Assembly: GCA_963674695.2 (NCBI GenBank)
Contig: CAXXGI010000001.1
Coordinates: 640,001 to 704,000, forward strand
DNA from: a bacterium
GTDB lineage: Bacteria; UBA10199; 2-02-FULL-44-16; JAAZCA01
Direction of reading: 5' to 3'
Length of the DNA stretch: 64,000 bases
Shown piece by piece: positions 9,424 to 19,513 of this stretch (position 1 is the stretch's first letter; the number at the start of each line of letters is the position of its first letter). A program made the translations under genes and the position numbers. Under the pieces are notes generated by a model. The model saw only the letters and a program-made list of their open reading frames with translations. It searched no databases and was not told the DNA's origin.

Positions 9424-11778
9424 ATGGCATTCACGTTTGGACCACGACGCGGCACCTACACCGACATCACCACCGAGATGAAACAGGACCCGCTGTCCAA
9501 GGAGGAACTGGCCGCTTTTGAGACGCTCGACCGCGTCTACCGCTCGCTCTGTGCGGTGATGTATAACTACGTCCCGACCTCGGGCCATCCGGGCGGTTCG
9601 ATCAGCTCGGGTCGGTTCGTATCGGCACTCCTCTTCGACACGATGGACTATGACGCCTCCGACCCCGATCGCGTAGACGCCGACATCATCTCCTACGGAG
9701 CCGGACACAAGGCGCTCGGGCTCTATGCGATGTGGGCCCTGCGCAACGAAATCATGCGCATCGCCGAACCCGATCTCCTGCCCAAGAACGAACACCTGCA
9801 GCTGCGGCTCGAAGATCTGCTCGGTTTTCGGCGCAACCCCGTGACCGACACGCCGCTCTTTACGAAGTTCCACGCCAAGCCGCTCGACGGACATCCCACA
9901 CCGGCCACGCCGTTTGTGAAACTCTCCACCGGTGCCTCGGGCGTGGGGGTCGCCGCATCGCTCGGGCTCGCCTTCGGCGCGCACGACACCTTCGGCGCCG
10001 CCGCTCCGCGCGTGCACATCGTCGAGGGCGAAGGCGGCATGACGCCCGGACGCGTGGCGGAAGCCATGGCCTCGGCGGGCACCACCTCGCTCGGCAATGC
10101 CCTGATGCACATCGACTGGAACCAGGCCTCGATCGATTCCAACCAGGTCTGCCGCGACGGCAACACCCCCGGCGACTACGTCCAGTGGACCCCCGCGGAG
10201 CTCGCCTACTTGAACGACTGGAACGTCGTCTTCGTCCCCGACGGCAAGGACTTCCAGCAGGTCGTGGCCGCTCAACGCTACGCCGCGTCCCTGCACAACG
10301 GCCAGCCGACCGCCATCGTCTACCGCACGATCAAGGGATGGCAGTACGGCATCGAAGGACGCTTGAGTCACGGCGCCGGCCACAAGATGTGTTCGGGCGG
10401 TTTCTATGAAGCAATCGCCCCGCTGGTGAAGGATGTCTCGAAGGCGATGCCGAAGTGCAAAGCCAATGCCACCCGGTGCAAGAACGGCACGAACATGGCC
10501 GTCGTCGAAGAGTGTTTCTGGGAAGCATTGCAGATCGTGCGCAATGCCCTCGAAGAGAACCGCACCGCCGTGGATCTGATCGCGGGGCGCATCGCGAAAT
10601 CGCGCGAGCGGTTGAGCGCCCTGCAGCGCACCCCGCGCGATGGCGCCCCCACGATCGAGGCAATCTACGATACGGTGAAGGCAGAGGCCAAAACAACACC
10701 CAAGGAATTGCATCTCGAACCGGGCACGAAGGAGACGCTGCGCGGCGCACTGGGCAAGGCCCTCAATTATCTCAACGCAAAATCCGGCGGGGCAATCCTC
10801 TCCGCATCGGCCGACCTCCTCGGTTCGACGAGTGTGAACACCGTAGCGGCGGGATTCCCTGAGGGGTTCTACAACGCCGAGTTAAACCCCAAGGCACGTC
10901 TGCTCTCCATCGGCGGCATCTGCGAAGACGCCATCTGCGGCGTGCTCGCGGGGCTGTCCACCTACGGCCATCACATCGGCGTTGGTTCCTCCTACGGCGC
11001 CTTTATCGCGCCACTGGGCCACATCGCCGCACGCCTGCATGCCATCGGCAACCAGGCGCGACAGGAGATCGCCAAGGATCCGTACAAACCCTTCATCATG
11101 ATCTGCGCGCACGCGGGGCTCAAAACCGGCGAGGATGGTCCGACGCACGCCGACCCGCAGGCGCTGCAACTGTTGCAGGAGGATTTTCCGCTCGGAACCG
11201 CCATCACGCTCACGCCGTGGGATCCGCAGGAGGTCTGGCCACTCATTGCCACCGCGATTGCAAAACGCCCCGCCGTGATCGCGCCGTTTGTCACGCGTCC
11301 GAGTGAACCGATCCTCGACCGCAAGGCGATGGGGCTCCCCGATGCACACGCCGCCATCACCGGCGTCTATGCCCTACGCACCGCCAAGGGCAAAGGCGAC
11401 GGAACGGTGGTCCTGCAGGGTTCGGGCGTCACCTACGACTTCCTCCAGACCGCACTGCCCTCATTGGAGAAAGCCGGCGTGGACTTAAACCTCTACTATG
11501 TCGCCAGCGCGGAAATCTTCGATCTGCTCCCCGCCTCCGAACGCGAGAAGATCTTCCCGGAGGCGCATGCGATGGAGGCGATGGGGATCACGGGGTTTAC
11601 GCTGCCGACGATGTTTCGGTGGATTCGCTCCGACTATGGACGCGAAATGACGCTCTCGCCCTTCAAGAAGAACCACTACCTGGGTTCAGGTCAAGCCGAA
11701 GCGGTCCTCACCCAGGCGGGCCTCGACGGCGAAAGCCAGTTCAAGTCGATCATGCGGTATGTGCAGGAAAAGAAATAA
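9424..11778 (+). CDS. transketolase-like ThDP enzyme
   Basis: SGHPGGS, GHP, STGASG and GEDGPTH motifs; variant ThDP motif GEG...WN; AAGGAG RBS before ATG 9424. Confidence 0.85.
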   Translation: MAFTFGPRRGTYTDITTEMKQDPLSKEELAAFETLDRVYRSLCAVMYNYVPTSGHPGGSISSGRFVSALLFDTMDYDASDPDRVDADIISYGAGHKALGLYAMWALRNEIMRIAEPDLLPKNEHLQLRLEDLLGFRRNPVTDTPLFTKFHAKPLDGHPTPATPFVKLSTGASGVGVAASLGLAFGAHDTFGAAAPRVHIVEGEGGMTPGRVAEAMASAGTTSLGNALMHIDWNQASIDSNQVCRDGNTPGDYVQWTPAELAYLNDWNVVFVPDGKDFQQVVAAQRYAASLHNGQPTAIVYRTIKGWQYGIEGRLSHGAGHKMCSGGFYEAIAPLVKDVSKAMPKCKANATRCKNGTNMAVVEECFWEALQIVRNALEENRTAVDLIAGRIAKSRERLSALQRTPRDGAPTIEAIYDTVKAEAKTTPKELHLEPGTKETLRGALGKALNYLNAKSGGAILSASADLLGSTSVNTVAAGFPEGFYNAELNPKARLLSIGGICEDAICGVLAGLSTYGHHIGVGSSYGAFIAPLGHIAARLHAIGNQARQEIAKDPYKPFIMICAHAGLKTGEDGPTHADPQALQLLQEDFPLGTAITLTPWDPQEVWPLIATAIAKRPAVIAPFVTRPSEPILDRKAMGLPDAHAAITGVYALRTAKGKGDGTVVLQGSGVTYDFLQTALPSLEKAGVDLNLYYVASAEIFDLLPASEREKIFPEAHAMEAMGITGFTLPTMFRWIRSDYGREMTLSPFKKNHYLGSGQAEAVLTQAGLDGESQFKSIMRYVQEKK

Positions 11779-11806
11779 GAGGGAGAAATAAGGAACGTGA
11801 ACGACG

Positions 11807-11835
11807 ACGGGCTGCCACACGGCAGCCCGTTTTTT
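11807..11835 (+). terminator. intrinsic terminator
   Basis: ACGGGCTGCC-ACAC-GGCAGCCCGT followed by a T tract. Confidence 0.8.
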
Positions 11836-11854
11836 ATATATGCTCTTTACCGAT

Positions 11855-13657
11855 TCAAACCGAAGCGCGTCGACGAACCCGCATCACAAAGAGGACCTGC
11901 AGGGCGATGAGGAGAAAGAACCATGCGGGAATGGCATCGGCTCGATGCGCGGATGAAACCGGCACCATCTGATTCCGACAGCCCCCGCCACCCATGGACC
12001 AGTTGGAACCGTAGGCAATCACATCCATCGAAGGGGCTTCCGCGTCATCGCCATCGGAGGGGGCATCGCCCTCCCCCGCCTCGGATGCCGCCGTGCTGTC
12101 ATCATCATCGCCGCCGGACGCCGAAGCGGTTGTCTCGCCAAAGATGACGACCGGACCCAAAAGTGGTTCAGCCAGCGCCACGACCAGATCGCCCGAATAG
12201 GCCCCGACGCCAACGACATCCGCTTCATCCGCCAGTGCCGCGATGATCGTGTCATCAGCAGCGACATTTGCGGCCGGTTCGGCGACGACGATCCAGATGG
12301 CGGAGGAGGAGGCCGCGATCGTCTCGGCGAAACCGTCGAATGCAACCGCCGACCCCGCGACGATCTCCTGCGCGATGAGCACATCGTCCGCGCCGAGCAG
12401 GCCGTCGGGCGTTCCCTCCCGATAGAGCGACAGTTGTCGAATTTTGTCCGAAGCCGCCGAACCTCCGAGCCGAATCGTCATCTCCTGTATCGTCACCGCT
12501 TCGATCGCATCGACATCGAGTGCCAACTGCATCAGTACGATCGCGTCCGCATCCAGCGCGACGCGCCGTGATGCGGGCATCGCGGGCCCAGCGACGACCG
12601 CGACGGTCCCCGCCACGTCATCGCCATAGTACCCCAGATGAAAATCCCCGGCATCATCGCGGCCAGCGAACCAGAGTTTGAACTGTGAAGTCTGGCCATG
12701 GCCCGAATAGCGACCTTCATCATAGAGCACCGCCGGTGTATAGGCGCGCTGCGAATGCCACGTGCCCGCATCGAGGGCGATGAAGGGATTGGCGGCATCT
12801 TTGACCCAGACAATGCCGTCGTCAGAGGTGGCATAGCCGACCCCCTCGTCCATGCTCGCCACACCGCCGCTGTACCAGAAGTGAAAGACACCGTCGGCAT
12901 CGCGCACGACATCGCCGAAGCCGGCATAGTCCTCATCCCAGTCGCCCGGGGCACCGCCGCAGGCGAGCACCGGATCGTCGCCGTAGCGCACCCAGTGCAG
13001 ACCGTCGACGGAGTAGCCCAGGCCCACCTGTTCCAGGCCGCCGGTCGTGCCATCATAATACATCACATATTCGTAGCCGAAGGGATCGACACCCGCATTG
13101 GCAGCGCCCGGCTGATAGATCAGATGCACCGGCCCGTAGCTGCCGCGGTTCCAATCGCCCCCGCCGCCGGTAATGATGGGTTTGGCGCCATCCTGCGTCA
13201 GGACCTGATCGTTCACCCAGGTGATGCCGTCGTCGGACTCGGCGGTGCGGATGGCATTGATGCTGTAGAGCTGCGCGGTGTCCCAATACCAGATGCGATA
13301 GAAGGGACCCGCCGCGCCGTCGCCGAAGCCATCGGCATCATAGAGGAGCGTTGCGTGATGGGGATTTGTCAGCCCCACGCAATCGGCACCATCGGTCCAG
13401 GCAATGCCGTCCGATGATGTGGCGCCTCCGATGCCCGTGCCGTCGGAATACCATAAGCGATAGAAGGGACCGGCATCGCCGTTGCCAAAACCATCGGCGT
13501 CGAAAAGGACGGTGGGGTAATAGACACGATCGCCCGGCGGCGCTTCGAAGATGGGATTCGCGGGATCATCCTGCAGATCATCTTGCCAATCGGCACTCGC
13601 CGAAGAGGCGAACAGGAGGATCATCGCGATAAGCGCTATGGATCCAAAACGCTTCAT
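11855..13657 (-). CDS. secreted beta-propeller glycosidase-like protein with C-terminal sorting signal
   Basis: Signal peptide MKRFG...ASA; repeated Asp-box-like S-x-DGI-x-W units; acidic linker; GGGGC, then a hydrophobic helix, then RVRRR. Confidence 0.75.
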   Translation of the reverse strand: MKRFGSIALIAMILLFASSASADWQDDLQDDPANPIFEAPPGDRVYYPTVLFDADGFGNGDAGPFYRLWYSDGTGIGGATSSDGIAWTDGADCVGLTNPHHATLLYDADGFGDGAAGPFYRIWYWDTAQLYSINAIRTAESDDGITWVNDQVLTQDGAKPIITGGGGDWNRGSYGPVHLIYQPGAANAGVDPFGYEYVMYYDGTTGGLEQVGLGYSVDGLHWVRYGDDPVLACGGAPGDWDEDYAGFGDVVRDADGVFHFWYSGGVASMDEGVGYATSDDGIVWVKDAANPFIALDAGTWHSQRAYTPAVLYDEGRYSGHGQTSQFKLWFAGRDDAGDFHLGYYGDDVAGTVAVVAGPAMPASRRVALDADAIVLMQLALDVDAIEAVTIQEMTIRLGGSAASDKIRQLSLYREGTPDGLLGADDVLIAQEIVAGSAVAFDGFAETIAASSSAIWIVVAEPAANVAADDTIIAALADEADVVGVGAYSGDLVVALAEPLLGPVVIFGETTASASGGDDDDSTAASEAGEGDAPSDGDDAEAPSMDVIAYGSNWSMGGGGCRNQMVPVSSAHRADAIPAWFFLLIALQVLFVMRVRRRASV

Positions 13658-13846
13658 GCCCAAAGGCATAGTCCGAGTTGACCCCCATCCGCAATCACTT
13701 TATCCACAGGCTGCACAAAAGTTGGTCACATAAGGACGCCACGGAGAATAAATCGAATCATTTCAATGGACTTCTGTCGTCACCCCATCCGATGGCAATA
13801 ACGAATTCCGCCGGGCCACCTTGACGAACCCTCTGGGATCCATAGA

Positions 13847-14800
13847 GTGAGGCCTATGCTCAATAACCCCCTTCTGGCCGCGACCTTCATCCTGCTGCTG
13901 CTCACCGCTTCCGCGCAAGCAGCCTCACCCCCACCGACGGTGCGTTACGTCCACCATGGCGATGGGCAGCTCACGCTTTCGACGAACAAGTCGAAGGCGA
14001 CCTTCGATGGGCGATTTCGAAATCCCGATGGCACCTATGATGAAGCGGCGTTGGGGAGGATCCACGCCGTCTTCGGGGCGAAATTCACGCCGAAGGATCC
14101 CGTCATCTCACACCGCCTCATCGAATTTTTAGATTTCATCCAGGATCGTTTCGGCCCGAAAAAACGCGTCACGATCGCCTCGGGTTATCGGAGTCCCACG
14201 TACAACACGAACCTGCGCAACCGGGGAAAACTTGCCGCCAAGGCCAGCCTGCATCAATACGGCATGGCCGCCGACATCGTCATGAAAGGCGTCCCCTCGA
14301 AACGCATCTGGGAATTCGTTCAGGAGATCGGCTTCGGAGGCGCGGGCTACTACGGTGGCTCGCTCGTGCATGTCGATGTCGGACCCGCGCGATCCTGGAC
14401 GGCGGCGACCTCCGGAGTCGGCACCGGCATTTCGGATGACAACAAGCTGATCCGGTTCGTGACCGATCGCGACATCTATCTTCCCGGCGAAGGCATTCAG
14501 ATGCGCTTCATCCGGATGACGGCATTCCCGATCGGCGTCGACGCCACCTTCATCCTGGAACGACAGCACAAAGAGGGTGAGTGGAAAGAGGTGAAGGCGT
14601 TCGATCCAACATTTGCCATCGGGACCAATGGCGCGAAGTGCCCACAGTTCGGCAACATCGATGAAATGCGATCCATCCGTTGGATCATCCCGAGCAAACT
14701 CAAGGGCGGCACCTACCGCGTACGCGCGACCTTCTGCGACAGCCCCTGGCCCGAGATGCCCGAGGCGATTGAAACACCTCCATTCGAGGTCCAATCGTGA
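13847..14800 (+). CDS. YcbK/DUF882-family M15 peptidase (exported)
   Basis: SGYRS...N, SLHQYGMAADI and VHVDVGP motifs; signal peptide. Start may be ATG 13856. Confidence 0.85.
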   Translation: MRPMLNNPLLAATFILLLLTASAQAASPPPTVRYVHHGDGQLTLSTNKSKATFDGRFRNPDGTYDEAALGRIHAVFGAKFTPKDPVISHRLIEFLDFIQDRFGPKKRVTIASGYRSPTYNTNLRNRGKLAAKASLHQYGMAADIVMKGVPSKRIWEFVQEIGFGGAGYYGGSLVHVDVGPARSWTAATSGVGTGISDDNKLIRFVTDRDIYLPGEGIQMRFIRMTAFPIGVDATFILERQHKEGEWKEVKAFDPTFAIGTNGAKCPQFGNIDEMRSIRWIIPSKLKGGTYRVRATFCDSPWPEMPEAIETPPFEVQS

Positions 14801-15687
14801 AGAGACCGCGCCGCACCACGACCGGCATCATCCTGATGTGTCTGTCGCAGATCCTCTTCGTCTGCAGCTGGACGACAATCAAGATCGTAGGCCAGCGCCT
14901 GCCGCTCTTTGAGATCATCCTCTTCCGCGCCCTCTTTTCGCTCATCATCCTCGCGCCGCTCACGCACTGGCACATGGGGACCTTTCGCGGCGTCGGATGG
15001 ATCACGATCTTCCTGCGAAGCCTGACCGGCATGGCCGCCATGATTCTGGCCTTCTATGCCATCATCCACATTGAAATCGGCAATGCCTCAACCCTCTTCA
15101 ACACGCTGCCGATCTTCGTGGCGATCCTGGCACCGGCGCTGCTGGGCGAATCCTTCCGATGGATTCAGTTTGCGCTCGTACTCGTCGCGTTCGGCGGCAT
15201 CGCGCTCATCCTCAAGCCCGACGCCGACGTCTTTCAGGGCATATCGCTTTATGCCCTGTTGGCCGGATTTCTCGCTGCGCTCTCCATGATCTGCATCCGA
15301 AGGCTGCGCCGCACCGATTCGGTCCTCACGATCACCTTGCACTTTACGCTCTTCACGTTCGTCGTGAGCCTTCCCTTTGCGATTTCTCATTTCATCTGGC
15401 CGACGCCGAAAGAGTGGGCGCTGCTCATCCTCATCGGCGTCGTCGTCACCTTCGCCCAGATCATGCTCACCCGCGCCTATCATTTCGGGCGCGCCGCGAC
15501 GATCGCGCCATTCAGCTACGTCTCGGTCATCGGCGCCTATGTCGCGGGGCTCCTCTTCTTCAGCGAAATTCCGGACTGGCTCTCGCTCGTCGGCGCCGTA
15601 ATCGTCGTGATCGCCGGCATCGGCGTCATGCTCGCCGCCCCGGCCGAGCAGAAGGTCCCGGGATCCACGCCGGGGGCACGAACATAG
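14797..15687 (+). CDS. DMT/EamA family transporter
   Basis: About 10 TM segments, PIFVAILA..LLGE and APFSY; GTGA overlap with the upstream gene. Confidence 0.9.
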   Translation: MKRPRRTTTGIILMCLSQILFVCSWTTIKIVGQRLPLFEIILFRALFSLIILAPLTHWHMGTFRGVGWITIFLRSLTGMAAMILAFYAIIHIEIGNASTLFNTLPIFVAILAPALLGESFRWIQFALVLVAFGGIALILKPDADVFQGISLYALLAGFLAALSMICIRRLRRTDSVLTITLHFTLFTFVVSLPFAISHFIWPTPKEWALLILIGVVVTFAQIMLTRAYHFGRAATIAPFSYVSVIGAYVAGLLFFSEIPDWLSLVGAVIVVIAGIGVMLAAPAEQKVPGSTPGART

Positions 15688-15751
15688 CCCCCTCTCGATC
15701 AACGGCAAAAAAGGCATTGCTTCAGAGACCGATTGTCGTATCCTCAGAGCC

Positions 15752-16330
15752 ATGGACACAGAGAATATACCCCCCTCCGAAACGACACCTGAGGAAACAG
15801 CGCTCAATGCGAGCCGCGAATGTTTTTCTACCCTCATGGAGTATATGCCCATCGGCGTTCAGGGCTACGATAGCGATGGCGTGGTCTTCTTCTGGAATAG
15901 GGCCAGTGAAAAGATCTACGGCTATACGGCTGAGGAAGCTATTGGGCGCAACCTCGGAGACCTGATCATACCGGATGCAATTCAGCCACTTTTTCGGAAA
16001 GGGCTGGCGCTAGGCAAAACACTGACGAAATCAGGCGAGTTTGCACCGGCTGGGGAAGTTGAGCTGAAACGAAAAGATGGCTCGACGGTCTGCATCCATT
16101 CGATTCACACAATCATCTGCCCCGAAGGAGAACCACCACAATTCTACTGCATCGATGTCGACCTCTCCGATCGCAAGAAGGCGGAGGAGACGTTGCGCAG
16201 CAACTTGGAGCAGATCGAAAAACTCAACCAACACATGATCGGCCGTGAGATGCGCATGATCGAACTCAAGCATGAAGTAAACGAACTGCTCAAAAAGCTG
16301 GGGGAAAAATCACGATATATCGATCTATAG
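15752..16330 (+). CDS. PAS-domain protein with C-terminal coiled coil and no output domain
   Basis: WNRASEKIYGYTAEEAIGR...RKDGS...DLSDRK, followed by MIGREMRMIELKHEVNEL. Confidence 0.85.
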   Translation: MDTENIPPSETTPEETALNASRECFSTLMEYMPIGVQGYDSDGVVFFWNRASEKIYGYTAEEAIGRNLGDLIIPDAIQPLFRKGLALGKTLTKSGEFAPAGEVELKRKDGSTVCIHSIHTIICPEGEPPQFYCIDVDLSDRKKAEETLRSNLEQIEKLNQHMIGREMRMIELKHEVNELLKKLGEKSRYIDL

Positions 16331-16341
16331 AGAGATCCTTC

Positions 16342-17511
16342 ATGAAGGAACATTCCAAACTCCTCCTCCTCATCGCGGCCTTCCTGACCTGCTATTTCCT
16401 GCCGGTCGGCTGGATCCGTTTCGATCACTCGATCATCGAAGCACTGGCGCTGGTCAAGTGGTATGCGCAGGAGCATGTGCTCCTCTGCCTCATCCCCGCC
16501 TTTTTCATTGCGGGCGCGATCTCGGCCTTTGTGAGCCAAGCCTCGGTCATCAAATACTTCGGCGCCAACGCCAATAAGATTGTGGCCTACTCCATCGCCT
16601 CCATCTCCGGCACGATCCTGGCCGTCTGCTCCTGCACGGTCTTGCCGCTGTTCATGGGGATCTACCGCCGCGGCGCCGGGCTCGGGCCCGCGGTCGCCTT
16701 CCTCTACTCGGGCCCGGCGATCAACGTGCTGGCGATCATCCTCACCGCGCGCGTGCTGGGGCTCGAACTCGGCATCGCCCGGGCCGTCGGAGCCGTCGTC
16801 TTCAGCGTCGTCATCGGACTTTTGATGCACCTGATCTTCCTCAAGGAAGAGCGCGCCCGTCACGAACAGGGCGGGTTGAACGAAATCCCGCAGAAAACCG
16901 TTCGACCGCTATGGCAGGAGATCGTTTTTATCACATCCATGGTTTCGTTTCTCATCTTCGCCAACTGGGGCACACCTCAAAACAATTCCTCGGGGTTGTG
17001 GCACACAATATTTGCCCTTAAGTGGTATCTGGCCGTCGCCTCTCTCGTCGTATTGTGCGTCGCCCTGATCAGCTGGTTCAAGCGACAAGAGCTCGGCAAC
17101 TGGGTGATGCTCTCGTGGGAGTTCGCCAAACAGATTTTACCGCTCCTGCTCATCGGCGTCCTCATCGCCGGTTTTCTGCTGGGCCGTCCGGGGCATGAAG
17201 GGCTCATTCCCCCTCATTATATAGAGGGCCTCGTGGGCGGCAATTCCTTTGGGGCCAACCTCTTCGCCTCGATCGCGGGCGCGTTCATGTATTTTGCCAC
17301 GCTCACCGAGGTGCCGATCCTGCAGGGGCTCATCGGCAGCGGCATGGGCAAGGGACCGGCGCTCGCACTCCTGCTGGCCGGGCCAGCGCTCTCGCTCCCC
17401 AACATGCTCGTCATCCGCAAAGTGATGGGGACAAAGCGAACCATCGTCTACGTGGGACTCGTCGTCATCATGGCGACGATCAGCGGGATGGCATACGGAC
17501 ATCTCTTTTAG
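16342..17511 (+). CDS. DUF318/ArsP-family permease
   Basis: AVCSCTVLPLF, FLYSGPAIN, YFATLTEVP and LLAGPALSLP motifs. Confidence 0.9.
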   Translation: MKEHSKLLLLIAAFLTCYFLPVGWIRFDHSIIEALALVKWYAQEHVLLCLIPAFFIAGAISAFVSQASVIKYFGANANKIVAYSIASISGTILAVCSCTVLPLFMGIYRRGAGLGPAVAFLYSGPAINVLAIILTARVLGLELGIARAVGAVVFSVVIGLLMHLIFLKEERARHEQGGLNEIPQKTVRPLWQEIVFITSMVSFLIFANWGTPQNNSSGLWHTIFALKWYLAVASLVVLCVALISWFKRQELGNWVMLSWEFAKQILPLLLIGVLIAGFLLGRPGHEGLIPPHYIEGLVGGNSFGANLFASIAGAFMYFATLTEVPILQGLIGSGMGKGPALALLLAGPALSLPNMLVIRKVMGTKRTIVYVGLVVIMATISGMAYGHLF

Positions 17512-17522
17512 GAGCGAAACCC

Positions 17523-17792
17523 ATGAAACATATCCAAATCCTCGGAGCCGGATGCCCCAAGTGCACGCAACTGGCCGAAAACACGACGGCCGCAGCGCAG
17601 CACCTTGGAATCGAATACACCATCGAGAAGGTCACGGAGATCGACCGTATCATCGAATTCGGCGTGATGATGACCCCGGCGCTCGTCGTTGATGGAAAAG
17701 TTGTCGCCTCCGGAGGCGTGCCATCGGTCGATGAGATCGCCGAACTTCTCAGCGCACCTTCTCCCTCGACCGAGAAGGGGTCGCGTCCATGA
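17523..17792 (+). CDS. small redox-active disulfide protein (MTH895/ArsE-like thioredoxin)
   Basis: LGAGCPKC and GVMMTPALVVDG motifs. Confidence 0.9.
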   Translation: MKHIQILGAGCPKCTQLAENTTAAAQHLGIEYTIEKVTEIDRIIEFGVMMTPALVVDGKVVASGGVPSVDEIAELLSAPSPSTEKGSRP

Positions 17793-18283
17793 TGATCAAA
17801 AGAACACTTCAAATCGTACTGCTCCTCTTCGTCGCGGCGAGCGTCTCCTTCCTCATCGCCAAGGAGTATGCTGGACCGAACGCCTTCCGCAGCGACCAAC
17901 CCGCTGCCCTGGAATCGGCAGCAGCGGAAGGCCCCGATCGAATCGTGCTCTACTACTTTCACGGCTCCCGACGCTGTCATACCTGCAAGACGATCGAGGC
18001 CTATCTGGGTGAGACGCTCACGACTGACTTTTCCCGTGAGCTCGAAGACGGCACGATCGCGTGGCTCCCCGTCAACATCGAGGAACCACAGAACCAACAC
18101 TTCATCGCGCTCTTCAACCTCACCTCCAGCTCTGCGATCATCGCCGAAATCAAGAAGGGGAAAATCGAGCGATCAAAGAACCTCGATCTCGTCTGGGAAC
18201 TCGTCCGCAACAAACCCGTCTTCATGGAATACGTCCGGAACGCGATGAAGGAATTTCTCAAAAAAGAGGACGGCGATGGGTGA
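17789..18283 (+). CDS. ArsF-like membrane-anchored thioredoxin-fold protein
   Basis: N-terminal anchor and YYFHGSRRCHTC; located between arsE-like and arsG-like genes. Confidence 0.8.
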   Translation: MMIKRTLQIVLLLFVAASVSFLIAKEYAGPNAFRSDQPAALESAAAEGPDRIVLYYFHGSRRCHTCKTIEAYLGETLTTDFSRELEDGTIAWLPVNIEEPQNQHFIALFNLTSSSAIIAEIKKGKIERSKNLDLVWELVRNKPVFMEYVRNAMKEFLKKEDGDG

Positions 18284-18965
18284 TCTTCTCTTCGCCTCAG
18301 CAACGGCCTTCTGGCTTGGCATCCTCACCGCAATCAGCCCCTGTCCGCTGGCGACCACTGTCGCCGCAATCTCCTATGTCGGGCGAAGGGCCGAGCATCC
18401 GCGACTGGTTCTTCTGGCAGGCCTGCTCTATTCCGCCGGCAGGGTTCTGATGTATGTCGCGCTCGCGGGAGCCCTCATCGGGAGCGTTCTGTCCATCTCC
18501 CAGATCTCGTTTTTTCTCCAGCACCACCTCAACAAGATCCTCGGACCGCTGCTCATCGTGGTCGGCATGTTCCTCCTGGATTTGCTCACGATCCGCCGGG
18601 GAGGACCTGGAATGAGCGCAGCGACGCAGAAGCGGATCGAGCGTCTGGGTCTCTTCGGCGCGCTACCGCTCGGGATGCTCTTCGCCGTCTCGTTCTGCCC
18701 CATCTCCGCAGTCATCTTCTTTGGAAGCCTTATCCCGCTGGCGATGAACTATCAGTCCACCTTCGCGCTGCCGATCTTCTACGGCATCGGAACGGCGCTG
18801 CCCGTCCTGATCTTTGCGCTCCTGCTCGCCTTTGGTGCGCACTGGATCGCGAAGGTCTTTCACCGGATATCGAAGGCCGAGCTGTGGCTGCGCCGGGCAA
18901 CGGGATGCATCTTTGTCGGCATCGGCATATACTTCTCGATCATTTTCATCTTTTTGGCACGGTGA
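18276..18965 (+). CDS. ArsG-like / CcdA-DsbD-family membrane protein
   Basis: LTAISPCPLAT, SFCPISA and YGIGTALP motifs. Confidence 0.85.
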   Translation: MGDLLFASATAFWLGILTAISPCPLATTVAAISYVGRRAEHPRLVLLAGLLYSAGRVLMYVALAGALIGSVLSISQISFFLQHHLNKILGPLLIVVGMFLLDLLTIRRGGPGMSAATQKRIERLGLFGALPLGMLFAVSFCPISAVIFFGSLIPLAMNYQSTFALPIFYGIGTALPVLIFALLLAFGAHWIAKVFHRISKAELWLRRATGCIFVGIGIYFSIIFIFLAR

Positions 18966-18999
18966 ACCCCGTACCCGAAGGGCGTGCTCATCGAGGTGA

Positions 19000-19260
19000 T
19001 CATGATGCTCATGAGGGTGAACAACGCGACGGCCCGATCTTCTCCATCGAAAAGGAATTGGACAAGAGGTGGTACACGAGCCTCTTCGCCGTCGTCACGA
19101 TCTTCGGTGTCGGCTCTTTCCTCCCCCGCGTGCAGTCCAACAATATCGCCACAAGCCTCAACCCTATCTTCGGCGTTCCCTCTTTCGCCATAGACCTCTT
19201 GCTCATCGCGCTCCGTGAATTCATCCTCTTCTGCGACATCCAGCGCATCGGGCATATGCC
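19000..19260 (+). pseudogene. degenerate internal fragment of an alanine/glycine:cation symporter (AGCS)
   Basis: HEGEQRDGP..SIEKELDKRWY..LFAV...LPRVQSNNIA..L...FGVP...FCDIQRI resembles the AGCS pattern GEYRGGP-YIEKGL-VQSN-GGIKRI. No start codon, truncated. Confidence 0.55.
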
Positions 19261-19513
19261 GCAAAAACGCAGACCGCGTGGAAGCATGACTGAACGCTGT
19301 CCACTGACATGACCGAAAATATGCCAACAAATTGACACCTGCATGTTAGAAATGACCCATTCATTCCCCAACGCGACATCCCTCACATGAAATAACCGAA
19401 TCATTTCAATGCTTCTTCGTAGACTCCCATTTACGCACCATTGGTACGGCATATGCATTTCAATCCGGTGACATGCAATTTATTGACGCTATTGGTAAAT
19501 CAGGGGGTAGGCC

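Noticed and set aside
13700-13708. Perfect DnaA box TTATCCACA in an intergenic region
   Set aside because: It is a single copy with no box cluster, unwinding element or dnaA/dnaN context, which is not enough to call an origin.
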